Source: an uncultured virus (IMG/VR IMGVR_UViG_3300022927_000007) (lineage: Duplodnaviria > Heunggongvirae > Uroviricota > Caudoviricetes). Taken from it: a DNA stretch of 64,000 nucleotides. A model generated the notes under the pieces. That model did not search any database and was not told the DNA's origin. It saw nothing but the letters and a program-made list of their open reading frames with translations. Positions 30,701-38,664 of this stretch are shown in pieces. The translations under genes and the position numbers were made by a program. Position 1 is the first letter of the stretch; every line of letters begins with the position of its first letter. Location: IMG/VR virus record IMGVR_UViG_3300022927_000007, one strand, 5' to 3'.

Positions 30701-33693
30701 CCAGTAACTTCGGTTACAACATTAATGTAAGTGTCGTCTAAAAATATTTCAGGTGTATATTTAGGATACAATCCTAACTTAGTAGGAGTTGGAGGTACCC
30801 AGCAACCATCTGTTGATTCAAATTCATATACATCTAAAATGTCGTTATTAGTAACTGTTATATTAAGTGTTAAGAAGCCGTCAACAGTTATAGTATAATC
30901 TCTATCTTTAACTAGCAAACTTCCGTTAAAATACGGAAGAACTGCATACTGATTTAATTTTGTAAAATCAATACCACGCTTTAAAGAAAATACAGTTTGT
31001 GATTGATCTTCAATTACATGTCTAGTTAACGTGTCACTACCAAACGGAACCATATCACTAAAATAAAATGGATCTTTATTAGTTTGTACTTCAGTAATAG
31101 ATTGCAAAATCTTATCAACGTGTACTTTAGTTTCTCCTTCGAAACCTAACTCATTTGCTACACGCAAAAATTCTCTTTTAAACTTAATGTACTCTAATCC
31201 AGAATAACGAATAGCTCTAATTGCATCAAAATCTTTATTTGTAATATTATACAGTGCAAGGTTAATTGGGCCACTATGTTGTACAAATCTTAATCCTAAC
31301 GGAGTAACATCTCCTAGATCTTTTAAATTACTCGATCCTGGAAATATTCCATTAAAATCTTTTGCATTATCAACAATACTACCTACATGATCTAAAACTT
31401 CACCTAATGTAAATGATTCAACATTTTCGTTTAGTGGATTCTTTTCTAAGTTAGTCGGAAACTCGTAATATCCTCTAGTATTCTTTGGAGTCTTAGTATA
31501 AGTTTTAATAACTAACTTGTCGCCTACAGTAAGATCATTATTGAAATTAATATAACAGTATCCATTAAACCTATCAATTAGATAATCAGTATTTTCTTTT
31601 TTGCGATTATTATTGACGTAAACTTTAATTTCTAAATCAGCAATAGTAGCACTATTATCATAAACATCGATAATAAAGTTATTTGTTCTAGTATCAACTG
31701 TTGGTTGTTGAATAACTGGCTGTACTGATTTTGTAGCCGCTTTGGTCCAACCTGACAAACTGCTATAAGTTGTTCTGTCAGTATATTTTCTTAATAGTCC
31801 TGTATCAGTGCTTACGTTAAATACGTCAGTTAAAACATCATACTGGTAAGTGTCTGATAATAAATTAAAATCAAATACAATATCGCCACTATTTTCAATA
31901 GTTCTATATGACAGTGGGAATCCTAATTCAGTATCATTAGTTCCTGTTCCTACCTTATAACTAAAAATTTTGTTACCAGCAAAAGAACTTCCGTCTAATG
32001 TAGATAGCGCAATTCCTTGATCATTATATAAATCAAACAAAGGTTGCTGATTTACAGATGTTTTATCTTGTGCTTGTTTCCAAACTGTTCCTGTATAGTA
32101 GAAAACTTTACCTTTAAATTTTTCACCAGATTTAACTAGTACTGTTTCATTTTCTAATGGTGTAGTATCAGTAGTTTCTATTAATGTAATTTGTCTGCTA
32201 CCATTATGAGAAATAAATTTAACTTCATAAATCTTGCCGCTAACTAATGAATCTGGATCTGCGGTAAACAATACTCTCATACCGTTTACAAGTTCAATGC
32301 CGTCGACAAAATAACCTACTTGTCCTTCAATATCTGAAAATACGTCTGTTGTTACAGTATCAACTAGGTCAACAGCACCTTTTGCTTCAGTACCATAATT
32401 AAAAAGTTTTAAACCTGGTTCAAACTCAATAATAGGTCTTGTAGCTCTGTAGGTTTGATCAAGTTCTGCCGGTACATTATTAATTAATGCAGTAGTTTCA
32501 ATAACAGTTTTATGTGTCCATTTATTATAACGAGACCATTGATTTCTATCTTTGGCTGCTCTGTTAATAACAATATAATCTTTGAGAGTAGCATACGAAA
32601 TTGCTTCATCAAATGGTAGATCAGCAAAACCTTGCATATCATATTCAACGCCTTGATCTAATAGATAGTCAGCTGTAATAACAAGATCTGATTCTGAAAT
32701 TAATTTAATACTATTTCCAACTCCTTCAACATACCATGTTCCAGTTGCATAAATTTCAGGAGTTACTTTTCCGTAAAAGTTAACTCTCATGCCGTTAGAT
32801 AGTTCATATCCATTCTGCATGGTGTATGTTTTTTTGCCTAAAATTTCAGCAGTAATATTAATTTCAGTAGCATCAATAATATTTTTAATAATAATTAAAC
32901 CCGATGCTTCGATATCATTGTCGTTTGTATAATACAGATAATCAGGAGATTCAAGATCTACAACAAATGTAAATTGTCCGGTTTCTACGCTTTGCTGACT
33001 TACTCCAACATTATAGAGATTAGAATCGTCTTTAACTGATCTGCTTGTTCTAATTGACAACGGCATATCAACTGTGTTAATATCAAATGTATATGTTTGT
33101 CCTCTATACAATGTTAGTGTAGGATTACTAGTCGGAACATCTGGATTAAATGTATATGCAAAATTATCAGTATTGTCTTGCTTTCCTACTGTAAAGGTAC
33201 TAACAATTTCTGTTGAACTTCCGTATACAGGAATAGAACTAGGACCTGCTGGTAGCCAATAATATTCACGAAAGTTTACAAATTTATCCCAATCAATATG
33301 AGGACTCCAAGCATAGTATTCTTGACTGTTTAGTAAGCTATGATTATCTACTTCGCCGTTTCTAATTTTACTAGCATTTACATAGTCTCTATAATCTCTA
33401 TAAAAAGTAGTATTTCCAAGTGTATCTTCAACCAATGCAACTGGTTCTAATTGATAGTTACGTCTATCACCTGCTAGTTCTGCAATATAATTGTCGCCTG
33501 TCTTAAAGGCTTTTGCATTTTTTCTTCCGATAAATCCGTCAGTCTTTTGTACAACACCTGGTTGCATTAACTGATCTAAAGTACTACTTAAAAACTTTTT
33601 ATTTGCTGTTGTTCTAAAATAGCGAGGCAACATATCAGCGGTGCGTCTTTTAGAATCATCATCAATTGGAATACCATTTTCATCTTGCGCCAT
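18730..33693 (-). CDS. Giant (4987 aa) virion structural protein in the gp7 (wedge) position
   Basis: Uninterrupted 15-kb ORF directly after gp6. FG-GAP-like repeats (FGSSVSISPDGEYLAIGSP, YGSSIAVSNDGKKIAVGAP), GSGY.S.P beta repeats, and C-terminal DG.T..F / V.LNG repeats. Confidence 0.75.
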   Translation of the reverse strand: MAQDENGIPIDDDSKRRTADMLPRYFRTTANKKFLSSTLDQLMQPGVVQKTDGFIGRKNAKAFKTGDNYIAELAGDRRNYQLEPVALVEDTLGNTTFYRDYRDYVNASKIRNGEVDNHSLLNSQEYYAWSPHIDWDKFVNFREYYWLPAGPSSIPVYGSSTEIVSTFTVGKQDNTDNFAYTFNPDVPTSNPTLTLYRGQTYTFDINTVDMPLSIRTSRSVKDDSNLYNVGVSQQSVETGQFTFVVDLESPDYLYYTNDNDIEASGLIIIKNIIDATEINITAEILGKKTYTMQNGYELSNGMRVNFYGKVTPEIYATGTWYVEGVGNSIKLISESDLVITADYLLDQGVEYDMQGFADLPFDEAISYATLKDYIVINRAAKDRNQWSRYNKWTHKTVIETTALINNVPAELDQTYRATRPIIEFEPGLKLFNYGTEAKGAVDLVDTVTTDVFSDIEGQVGYFVDGIELVNGMRVLFTADPDSLVSGKIYEVKFISHNGSRQITLIETTDTTPLENETVLVKSGEKFKGKVFYYTGTVWKQAQDKTSVNQQPLFDLYNDQGIALSTLDGSSFAGNKIFSYKVGTGTNDTELGFPLSYRTIENSGDIVFDFNLLSDTYQYDVLTDVFNVSTDTGLLRKYTDRTTYSSLSGWTKAATKSVQPVIQQPTVDTRTNNFIIDVYDNSATIADLEIKVYVNNNRKKENTDYLIDRFNGYCYINFNNDLTVGDKLVIKTYTKTPKNTRGYYEFPTNLEKNPLNENVESFTLGEVLDHVGSIVDNAKDFNGIFPGSSNLKDLGDVTPLGLRFVQHSGPINLALYNITNKDFDAIRAIRYSGLEYIKFKREFLRVANELGFEGETKVHVDKILQSITEVQTNKDPFYFSDMVPFGSDTLTRHVIEDQSQTVFSLKRGIDFTKLNQYAVLPYFNGSLLVKDRDYTITVDGFLTLNITVTNNDILDVYEFESTDGCWVPPTPTKLGLYPKYTPEIFLDDTYINVVTEVTGPYKVYGRDETTTQSFKGKVGWFYPLFTSEADAIDYDTANGGAGVAHDHVFAGCNQLFFMPSSSANHATIDINSFESWPGAQPMLQGHDGSLWKCYGDYRDRLLLDFERRIYDNLKQQYNENVFDIADFVETRTRKTGFTRYGTARTLISEFNRWLETVGTPDYSANTRFDRTNGFTFSYNKWADVENNSLPGFWRAIYKDFYNTDRPHSHPWEILGLTEKPDWFDTEYGTAPYTRNNLLLWKDMASGIVRAPNEKIVYRNKFKNTLISKYIPTDDQGNLLPPNLSGIALSGLDSSYSDGYVFGDEGPVETAWRRSSHYPFALMASWAINNPAQFFGIAFDVSRIKRNGAGELVYTETSKRIRLDKLKFPNSASDSSRVFTAGIINYIQGYLAQNETLKFSTYQQELTSLQNKLASKIGGFTQKSKFRLILDARTPTNEGNVFVPDENYKIQLTKSIPINVYSYSGMIIEIVPQGYIIRGYDRDLPIFKTYSVIRKNNDRLVRVGGVSESFLNWDTGKFYEVGQIVENNNVYYRVKIGHTSGTSFNLDNFQKLAELPEEGGAQAFFSKNFDTREVVEIPYGTLVSDIQGVVDIILGYQKFLDSNGFKFELFNQNIEEIENWTLSAKEFMFWTTQNWDTGTVITLSPSARQVMFAEAYTVVDDIYNNFYDYSLLKADGKRLLADFATTERDTTNSFGIYVKNTEDGIFHLKVPVVQHEHAVIIDNKTVFNDVIYNRAQGYRQERIKVKGYRSDEWNGSYNIPGFIFDDAKIEDWASWQDYSIGALVKYKQYYYVAKVNVVGTETFNERSFVRLNEKPEQKLLPNWDYKAKQFTDFYDLDSDNFDTEQQRLAQHLIGYQKRRYLENIINDDVSQYKFFQGAIQDKGTKNVLTKLFDKLGSANKDSLEFFEEWAVRIGRYGATTGDDQFDIVFDEARYRMEPQTVELVNEIDPQDTSLVYRLTRNNVYVKSQNYDHKPFPVKYFNDDNSYTKTAGYVNTNDVKLSLLNYDDILDQSISAINTGEFVWTANNKSQQTWSVYKHATTDYVIKSVTATSNGTFTITLNRKTNFIVGDIIGVVDTNETTDGFYKIAEINLNKITLSTTGESTELDDIKGYVTYFKPVRLSRLSDANAIIDAPTTFSLSGDTSITDTIWVDDDDTGKWIVLKNKQVYELKPDIKNVTAGLLDSTDKDFGSDISVTENNNTIAVSAPKDLNGSVYVFARPSDNTEFGLRQQIDEFTGIFESGGGFGSSVSISPDGEYLAIGSPNASNVKSKFRGDYKNTVAYNINDIVLYRSQLWKSRKVQDADSIQQFLSHASNQQSKIDEYDSDDQSYPDVEYMVRGNYTINDAPADHILIRAQTEQFEGTKPGDVLELKWNRYTTTTSAGIAPFNGDSVLNETFINGSHEIVHKVEAIVHIQSALSIPESGSDITTDTAKATIAYRYVNDENQMTIYLNNLNGAFLDTGSIYQNGVLVGDYERQLKITDNYHAGWWHINVGSEFSTTELVETNANLVVTDIKLENEIRSNSLFTNILDIKRLANTTTPTFPSEFGILSHRQGQTGTVIIDGRWWFRTSTQHYTDTSVNDEVSFWLNQIRVNGNVQDPQPVLGLSFDYLNNSIHTVADKWNGWLEVRLTNFDLSGNPFIPSIGTQLIDSATGETAEVAWIERAFGVAKIYLKNKSGQWAFGSDYGQNSTAQFVENDSTLRTIGPINSCHLENDISGGLIVIDTNTNIPVPPNQTYLRDLEYWHYSSNTIDGILETAETPSSLNLDWTRVYNIPVTTSGYESGNDSEGTFAIYKKTGSIYQLVNYYTVPNSDNFRKLGASCKFVQKSSTSYRLFVLAKGNNTEENQGRIYFFDKNETEDWNLGIEPLYRGMHSVNATYFDGEYVRFGDSIYEAKTNITPGAFNLAEWAEINSGVDLLGYVPNDTNYSITESTLEQQFLEEIGEEFDTSSLGEVLVLTARYTNPDDSSVPNRKVVVYKLVNDQYVYSQLLEPFNLSENYGSSIAVSNDGKKIAVGAPYNSDISLNGGAVYVYILKDGVYTFTQTLRPKDLTDNTQFGFKLDFDGNTLAITSKGGDIIKYTTFDVELTTFDGDATKLNTVDNDSGLVSIYETINDTLLYGQDFSYDRDTENFGNIIKVKNNHIYLGLPDQTVTTNNTVDKGVVAEFRKPLNSTSWSIVTSPVLPADLSKFKGVYLYNKTNNAQVAYLDYIDPIQGKIAGVAEQEISFKTSYDPARYTISTATGVTPQPLDYTSTKWVGKLWWDIDSARFINHHQGDITESTANFNKLYPGTTVDVYEWVESKLRPSEWDTQSETEAGLAKGISGTSKYGDSAYSVRRKYNSASQTFTTYYYYWVKNKATIPAIETRKLSALSVSRIISNPENSNIKFVAILSNNRFAIYNCESLIKDKDIAISFNWWTIDNQQQNTHIQYQLISDGLETSRPNSTIEQKWIDSLVGFDTNDRPVPDINLPIKQKYGSLNEPRQSWFINKTEARKQFVERANKILANNLIVDEFDLTKLTDSDPLPTIATGIFDTTSDSYAELRFVSIAKVRPATLQLEIENGVIINVLITDPGQGYINPPTYIITDTLGSEGELEFTLNANGGINSVRIINSGKNYTNNVKISIRKFAVLVKSDESINGKWSVYQYVLGEWQRVLTQSYDVNLYWKYKDWYDTGYNQFTLINYTLEGSYQIYGLADNIGDVIKISNVGSGGWLLLEKIANEDTVDYSVNYKTIGRESGTIELLDSLYDVTSDNVAYDGASFDKIFYDTEPVAEFRKIITILRDNIFIDQLQLHWNEMFFAGLRYVFSEQPNVDWAFKTSFVKAKHNIGELEQKVTFQNDNLSSYEDYVEEMKPYKTKIREYISSYEKIDPANNVVTDFDLAPVYNEQEGRIIPQSVQVVNNEIIAGVANTTTYPSKHWLDNVGFELTQINIADAGSGYTSAPKLVISGGGGTGATAQAFVGNGQITSVLVTNSGSGYLSQPTIDIIGSLEDGGTEARLSPVLGNGKARSTHIRCKFDRVTKTYLFQTLSEIETFATTLDQLEIDLKWPMQLKTTQVTVTIDGLESLRSEYTFSNVKDTTKGYTRYFGRISFTNALDANKEVIVTYNKAPDLLQAQDRINLYYNPNTGMYGNDLGQLLDGIDYGGVEVTSFDFGGGSGWDSDGWFTSTYDTFDTTFEDEIFQFGDDSTRILTFGSPLEVGAIYNIYRNGVRIDDPNYPDNPTNPNALIASVTGAGQTGIAITDDGDIVEDTIIVFDEDIIPLSSGDILVFRKTTSDGSFLPDPRSYDTILSGGDLQFNTARGFNPEEIIVDGDGFVTPTTSKGPEEQVPGQILDAVDIRVFHRPEAGGSILTSNSYRANGTEIVFEFGIQPQNDKGLIVKLDSVIQPSTVYDVNYKNKTVTFKTVPASGTLINIVSISGNGQDLLEEGQYVADGSTSAFTTKAKYSKELDFYVTVDGGEVEAVLVDDNEKAQILFGSPPKDQSLVSYFVYSKTDAFSKIEVEEFVGDGSTKLFDLTKTPYSAIPNSHNVIVKQGNRLLNPGYNQQFDVTTAQREYFLEIWQTPVGSFDASDVLFVLNGKELTIAVEYNIRPSNSSVILEPGIGKDGDILEAYIVTDGDYAFGSIQQINNQNTWVDSGKTLQLKVAPEIGETLTVYTFNKHDSMGFERINYDIVARETLVVGTEDYIQFNHIKNGLIKLRYPAVEVQYVWLTVNGVLQTPSVDYTLTTDKQYLRYKQSFVDNDVVEIIQFSAVGQITPKFGFSQFKDILNRNIYKRLGDVQPYKLAEPLYTFDKQIVLDNANGLSSPDKNSKTPGIIFVNGERIEYLIKDGNTLKQIQRGTLGTGVPTEHLIGSDVYNANQMQTAPYADKTIVDEIVADGTSSVFELGFTPISINEFEVFVGGRRLRKNAIQSFDYTLNQDSPEADVTLAAEFSVDGTTPFVSLLNTPAEGIKIQIVRRQGTLWTETPGITLFDSETLVARFFKAEKVELPK

Positions 33694-36600
33694 TAGTAAC
33701 TACTGCCTCCACTGCTGTTAGTATCGCTTGAGCTAGTTGAGCTCGAATTGTTTGTTGCTGTGCTTGTTAACGGTTGACTTTGTATTCCAACATTGTTTGT
33801 ACCGGTACTAGTAACAACTGCACCACTTGCTTGAATTTTAGATGCTGTAACTGAATCAATTATTTCTATATCATCTACGGTTGCATCACTTACAAATAAT
33901 TCATCATTTTCGCATTTAATTTCGTATAGACTACCAAACGCTTGGGATCCTTGTTTAGGAACAATTAGCATGTTTGAAATATCTGGCGCATTTTGATTCA
34001 TTACATAAGTTACTAACTCGGAAAAATGAAATGTTTCTCCAAAGTCCCAATTAGACAATGCAAAAAATTTATTAATTGATGCAATAATTCTTGATTTTAA
34101 ATCGTTATCGTTTACCACTTCACTTGTGTTTTTTACAATTTTAAATGTTGCTTGCAAGGATGGTTGAGCATGAGAGCCAAATAACGGCTTGTATCTAACT
34201 GGATGATAAATTACTTCATCGCTAATTGATTTGTACTGATTAATCAATACTCCATAATTTTGATATAGTTCATCTGAGCTAGGTGGCAAAGGTTGTTCCT
34301 CAAGTGTTCCTGCAAGATATTGTCTATAAAGATTATCATATGATCTAGTTAACATATGTACATCAATAATATTTGAAACACTAGGATCAATTCTATTACT
34401 TTCATCTGCACTATGAACATATTGGAATTTTAGATCATCTCTACCTGTATATGCTTGATAGTCTGACGTTAATGTTAATATACCATTTGTTAAAACTTTA
34501 AAGTTTTTTGTGTTTACGATATAAAACACTTTTCCTTCGGGATAATCTACAAAAGAACCAATTTCAATTTCTGTGTTAACTACATCAATATTGCCGCCGT
34601 CGGCATAGTAATTGTATTTGTAAAAACCTTGATCTGTTTCAACACGTTTTAAGAAAATATATTTTGTAAGAGGTAATACTTGTGGTGCAACAACATTATC
34701 AAAAATGTCTGGATCGTCTACACTTCCGTCTTCGTTTACATCAAAGAAACTTACTTCAACTTTTTTACTGTTAACGTACCCGTCTTGATTTCTATATTCG
34801 CTTACAATTTCCCAAGGAATGTCACTATTAAAAGCATTTAATGAATCAGGTTTTGTATTATAGTTAAGAATTGAAACTTTGTCTTTAACTAGCTGGCCTG
34901 TTGCAGAATCATAAATTTTGTTTTGTCCGTCAAAATAGAAAGATAATTCTTTGTCGCTTTCAAATATGTATTTTAATCCTCTATTAGTAATTGTATATTT
35001 TTCGCCGTTGGTTTGAAAAAGGATAATCCAACTAGCATCTAATTGGTTATTAGTAACGTCACCGGTCTTACCGTTGCTAAATGTAGATGCAACATTTAAG
35101 TTTTCATTAATAATAACACGCCAAATTCTATTAACTTGATCGTATCTTAAACCGAACGTTTTATAAGCAAATACTTGATCAATAATTTGTGACCTAACAT
35201 CGCTTGTAATATCTTTTACTAGTTTTGGTTTTACTTCTTCAAGAACACTGTTAGCTGGAAGTATTTCATTAAACACAATTGGTCCAACTCCTGTAACACT
35301 GTCAACCGATGTTCCTGCGCCATTAACACTAATAACTTTTACCCACTTGTAAGTGCTTGCACCTTTTGCATTGGCATTACTGGTTAGTCCATCTCCTAAA
35401 AAGTAAAAGCCTGCAGGTGGCTTAAATTTAAGTAATGCCCCTGCTTCTAAATACTTTAATGAACCGCCGGTAAATGTACCTGTTTGATAAGGAATATCAG
35501 AAGTATTAACAAGATATCCTGTACTAATATTTGTACCTTTAGTTGATTGAACCCATGTAGCATTCAAATCACTAACAATAATTTTTGCATAGTTTGAAAA
35601 ATAGAAATTACTAATCGATCTGCTTTTAATAATAGGTAAAATTAAATTTTCAATAGTACCTTCAATATCTGTTTGATTACTAAATGTAAAGGATTGCTTG
35701 TCTTCAAATTCTTCTCTATAAATAATACCGTCTGATGCAAATAAATTTGTACTAGAATATTTTCCGGTTACATCTTTTAAATCAAAGTAGCGACTAATAC
35801 CGCTACTAATTCTGTTAGTTGATTTAACTTTAACAATTTCTTGATTAATAGTTAGTGGAATGATATTATAGTCTTCACCGGTGACCATTCTATTTTGTGT
35901 ATAATATGTCTGTGGTGCGTTTTGTCTAATAGATGGTGTACTTTCACTAGTAGTAGCGTTAGTAACATTTTCTTTAAGTTCAAGTCCGATAGTTAATGTT
36001 TCAATAGTTCCTGCTTTTGAAATATAATCTAAACTAATATTAATACTTGTAAGCTCTTCGGGCTTAATTTTCATTGATCTATTTGCACTAGTTCTGTAGA
36101 ATATTCTAAAGTTTCCACCTGGAAGACTTCCAAAAGTACCGTCAGCAAATATTAAACTAATTTCATCATTAGCACGAGTTTGTACAACATAAAAGTTTCT
36201 AGTGCCTTTAGAAACGCTGTTATAAATTGCATTGTTTCCTTCAATAGAGCTAACCTTTGTCCAAAGTGATGTTGGAACTCCGCTTGAGTTAACTTGATAC
36301 AACCAAATATCACTGTTATTAATATTTTCAGCTTCAATTGCTATTTTTTGATTAGCACTTGGATTGTCAACTGTAAATTGTGACGAGCTTAATGATCCTT
36401 GTCTAAAATGTAGGAAATAGCCAGTGTTTGAACTTGCTGTTCCTCTACCATCTTCTCTATAGAGAAATGCCAAACTATTTCCAGGAATAGGAGGCTCTTC
36501 AACTAATTTACTATTAATTAAATCGATATCAGTAGAAACCACTTCAAATTGTGTAGTTAATCCATTAACTGCTTTACTAAACCCATATACAGGTACATCT

Positions 36601-37181
36601 ACATTGTTAGATTTAAATCTATATTGCTGAGTTAATACACTATTAATGCTTGCAGTTTTAGTAGGTTTTCCGATTGTATTGTTTTGCGGTAAGGCCGCAT
36701 TAAGAACTCTTCTAAATTGTTCTGGCCAGTTTGAGTTACTCGGATCATTCCATATAACAGTTTGATCTGCTAAATTAAATCCATTACTATCAAAAATTTC
36801 TTCAGTAGTTGATACTGTATCAAATTTAATTAATCCATTTGCCGCCTGGTTTCTTTTAGGATTATAAGATAACATACGTGCAAGACGTAATACACTATCG
36901 CGACGCTCTGCTAGTTCTAAGAAATTTTCACGTGCATTTAAATCAACGCGATAACTAATATTTTGACCTAAAAATGCAATAGTATCAATTAGTGCAAGAT
37001 ATTCTGAAGTATCAATATAATCATTAAAATCTTCTGGATAATTTGTTCTTAGATAGTTAATCATAGAACGTCTTAAAGTATCAAAGTCGTAGCTACGGAA
37101 CTCCGCATTGCGATAACTTTGATATACTTTTTTCCAATCTTCTGAAAGAAGTAGTCTATTTTGGCGGTCGGTTGATGACAT
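33693..37181 (-). CDS. gp6: Baseplate wedge subunit (T4 gp6-like)
   Basis: YDFDTLR..MINYL..YPEDFNDY, ENFLELAERRDSVLRLA..LSYNP, FADG.FG, QNRMVTGEDY. Confidence 0.85.
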   Translation of the reverse strand: MSSTDRQNRLLLSEDWKKVYQSYRNAEFRSYDFDTLRRSMINYLRTNYPEDFNDYIDTSEYLALIDTIAFLGQNISYRVDLNARENFLELAERRDSVLRLARMLSYNPKRNQAANGLIKFDTVSTTEEIFDSNGFNLADQTVIWNDPSNSNWPEQFRRVLNAALPQNNTIGKPTKTASINSVLTQQYRFKSNNVDVPVYGFSKAVNGLTTQFEVVSTDIDLINSKLVEEPPIPGNSLAFLYREDGRGTASSNTGYFLHFRQGSLSSSQFTVDNPSANQKIAIEAENINNSDIWLYQVNSSGVPTSLWTKVSSIEGNNAIYNSVSKGTRNFYVVQTRANDEISLIFADGTFGSLPGGNFRIFYRTSANRSMKIKPEELTSINISLDYISKAGTIETLTIGLELKENVTNATTSESTPSIRQNAPQTYYTQNRMVTGEDYNIIPLTINQEIVKVKSTNRISSGISRYFDLKDVTGKYSSTNLFASDGIIYREEFEDKQSFTFSNQTDIEGTIENLILPIIKSRSISNFYFSNYAKIIVSDLNATWVQSTKGTNISTGYLVNTSDIPYQTGTFTGGSLKYLEAGALLKFKPPAGFYFLGDGLTSNANAKGASTYKWVKVISVNGAGTSVDSVTGVGPIVFNEILPANSVLEEVKPKLVKDITSDVRSQIIDQVFAYKTFGLRYDQVNRIWRVIINENLNVASTFSNGKTGDVTNNQLDASWIILFQTNGEKYTITNRGLKYIFESDKELSFYFDGQNKIYDSATGQLVKDKVSILNYNTKPDSLNAFNSDIPWEIVSEYRNQDGYVNSKKVEVSFFDVNEDGSVDDPDIFDNVVAPQVLPLTKYIFLKRVETDQGFYKYNYYADGGNIDVVNTEIEIGSFVDYPEGKVFYIVNTKNFKVLTNGILTLTSDYQAYTGRDDLKFQYVHSADESNRIDPSVSNIIDVHMLTRSYDNLYRQYLAGTLEEQPLPPSSDELYQNYGVLINQYKSISDEVIYHPVRYKPLFGSHAQPSLQATFKIVKNTSEVVNDNDLKSRIIASINKFFALSNWDFGETFHFSELVTYVMNQNAPDISNMLIVPKQGSQAFGSLYEIKCENDELFVSDATVDDIEIIDSVTASKIQASGAVVTSTGTNNVGIQSQPLTSTATNNSSSTSSSDTNSSGGSSY

Positions 37182-37207
37182 CGGCGTTCCTCAATTCTTT
37201 GTTACAG

Positions 37208-37214
37208 TATTTAT
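37208..37214 (-). promoter_or_regulatory. Late-promoter-like motif ATAAATA upstream of gp6
   Basis: ATAAATAC in the intergenic gap, followed by a GAGGA Shine-Dalgarno. Confidence 0.55.
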
Positions 37215-37244
37215 TATATTGGGTTATAGCGGTACTTAATTGTG

Positions 37245-37676
37245 TCACAGAAGTCCAATATTTTTATCAAACTGTAATCTTAAATTTTCGCTAATATTAT
37301 ATTGTAAGTAAGATATTGTACATTCGATTTGCAATCCTTGTTCGTACTCTGAAACTTGTACAGCTTCTGCTGAAGTTCTTGGATCATAGTTTACAATATT
37401 AGTAACATTTGCGGTAATGGCTTCTTTTAATTCTTCTGTTAGAGGCTCATATAATGCATCCCATATAATACAACCAAACGTAGGATTAGAAATTTTTTCA
37501 CCTTGTCTAATATTAAAATGATTAATTAAGTCTTGCTTAATCAACTCAAAATCGTAAAGCTGAAACGTATTTGCTTCAGGATTTACTGTACTAAATCCCC
37601 TATATGCCTTTTGTTTTACAGGCGATTTTGGGGCTTTTTGCGATTTAATTTTAATTTGTTTGTATAAGTCTGCCAT
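37245..37676 (-). CDS. gp25: Baseplate wedge / sheath initiator (T4 gp25-like)
   Basis: LIKQDLINHFNIRQGEK..NPTFGC.IWDALYEP...YDPR. Start moved to ATG 37676, 5 nt after TAAATA. Confidence 0.85.
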   Translation of the reverse strand: MADLYKQIKIKSQKAPKSPVKQKAYRGFSTVNPEANTFQLYDFELIKQDLINHFNIRQGEKISNPTFGCIIWDALYEPLTEELKEAITANVTNIVNYDPRTSAEAVQVSEYEQGLQIECTISYLQYNISENLRLQFDKNIGLL

Positions 37677-37690
37677 GCTAGTATTTACCT

Positions 37691-38662
37691 TTAATAAGGA
37701 TACCCGTTTGCGCGAAGTGTTTCTAACGCCCACGGATAATTTGGCAATGTAGTTCTACTACCATTGCTTCCCCAAGCAACTTTTGCTCCGCGGATATCTA
37801 TGTGTGTAAAAGTATTATAAACGCCAATTGCAGTAAATCCATTGTCAATTGCCGCTTGTATAAATTCTTGTCGTTGTGCGTTCGATAAACCAGTTTGTAC
37901 AACATCTACTGCATTACCTTGCATATGTTGACTACTTTTTGCTCCGCCGACACTTTCATTATATGCTGGCGAACGATATCCGCTAGTAATTTGTAATTGG
38001 TATCCTACTTGTTGAGATACTCCTTCTAAATTTGCAACTACTTGTGGCTTTACTCTAGTGTCAACATGCGACAACCATTGAATGTATTGACCGTTTTCAT
38101 TGCTAGGTTGCGGACTTGGTGTTTGTTCGTTTACTACTTGTGCATCTTGTGGACCTGAAACATTATTGACAGGACTTGTATTACTGTAGCGGTTAGCATC
38201 GCCTCCGGATTGCGTAGCAATTCCGCCATCACCATATTCTGTTGCTTCATTTTGATCAGGATCAACACCATTAGCTTCTTCAACAGCTCTGCCTTCTAAT
38301 ATGTCAAGTGCTTCTTCTTCTGGTCTACTAAAATTAGTTGCTCCAATTGCTATAGCAACTGCGTCAGCGGCGTCACCTACGATAACTGTAGATTCCCCTT
38401 GTGCAGTTTCAGGTGCACAATGAGCACCTCCTAATGGAATACATAATGCGTCAGCGGCAGCACCGTCTGGAGAATGATTTACTACTGCTCTACCATTTAT
38501 AAACACTCCGTTGCTACCTGCTGAAAGTGCGCCATCGCCATGGCTGTTAGGATCACCGTCAACTGAAACTAATTCGCCTACAACATATACATCGCTCTGT
38601 CCGGAAACAACTGTAGTTGCTCCACAACTTCTAGTATGTCCGTTTATGTGTATAGCTGGCAT
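37691..38662 (-). CDS. PAAR-like spike tip (gp5.4-like) fused to a C-terminal peptidase M15 domain
   Basis: N-terminal ~95 aa PAAR-like (MPAIH..G...C..SH...GS..VFINGRAV...HC). C-terminal ITSGYRS...SQHMQGNAVD...FTHID (H-x6-D...H Zn ligands). Confidence 0.8.
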   Translation of the reverse strand: MPAIHINGHTRSCGATTVVSGQSDVYVVGELVSVDGDPNSHGDGALSAGSNGVFINGRAVVNHSPDGAAADALCIPLGGAHCAPETAQGESTVIVGDAADAVAIAIGATNFSRPEEEALDILEGRAVEEANGVDPDQNEATEYGDGGIATQSGGDANRYSNTSPVNNVSGPQDAQVVNEQTPSPQPSNENGQYIQWLSHVDTRVKPQVVANLEGVSQQVGYQLQITSGYRSPAYNESVGGAKSSQHMQGNAVDVVQTGLSNAQRQEFIQAAIDNGFTAIGVYNTFTHIDIRGAKVAWGSNGSRTTLPNYPWALETLRANGYPY

Positions 38663-38664
38663 GT

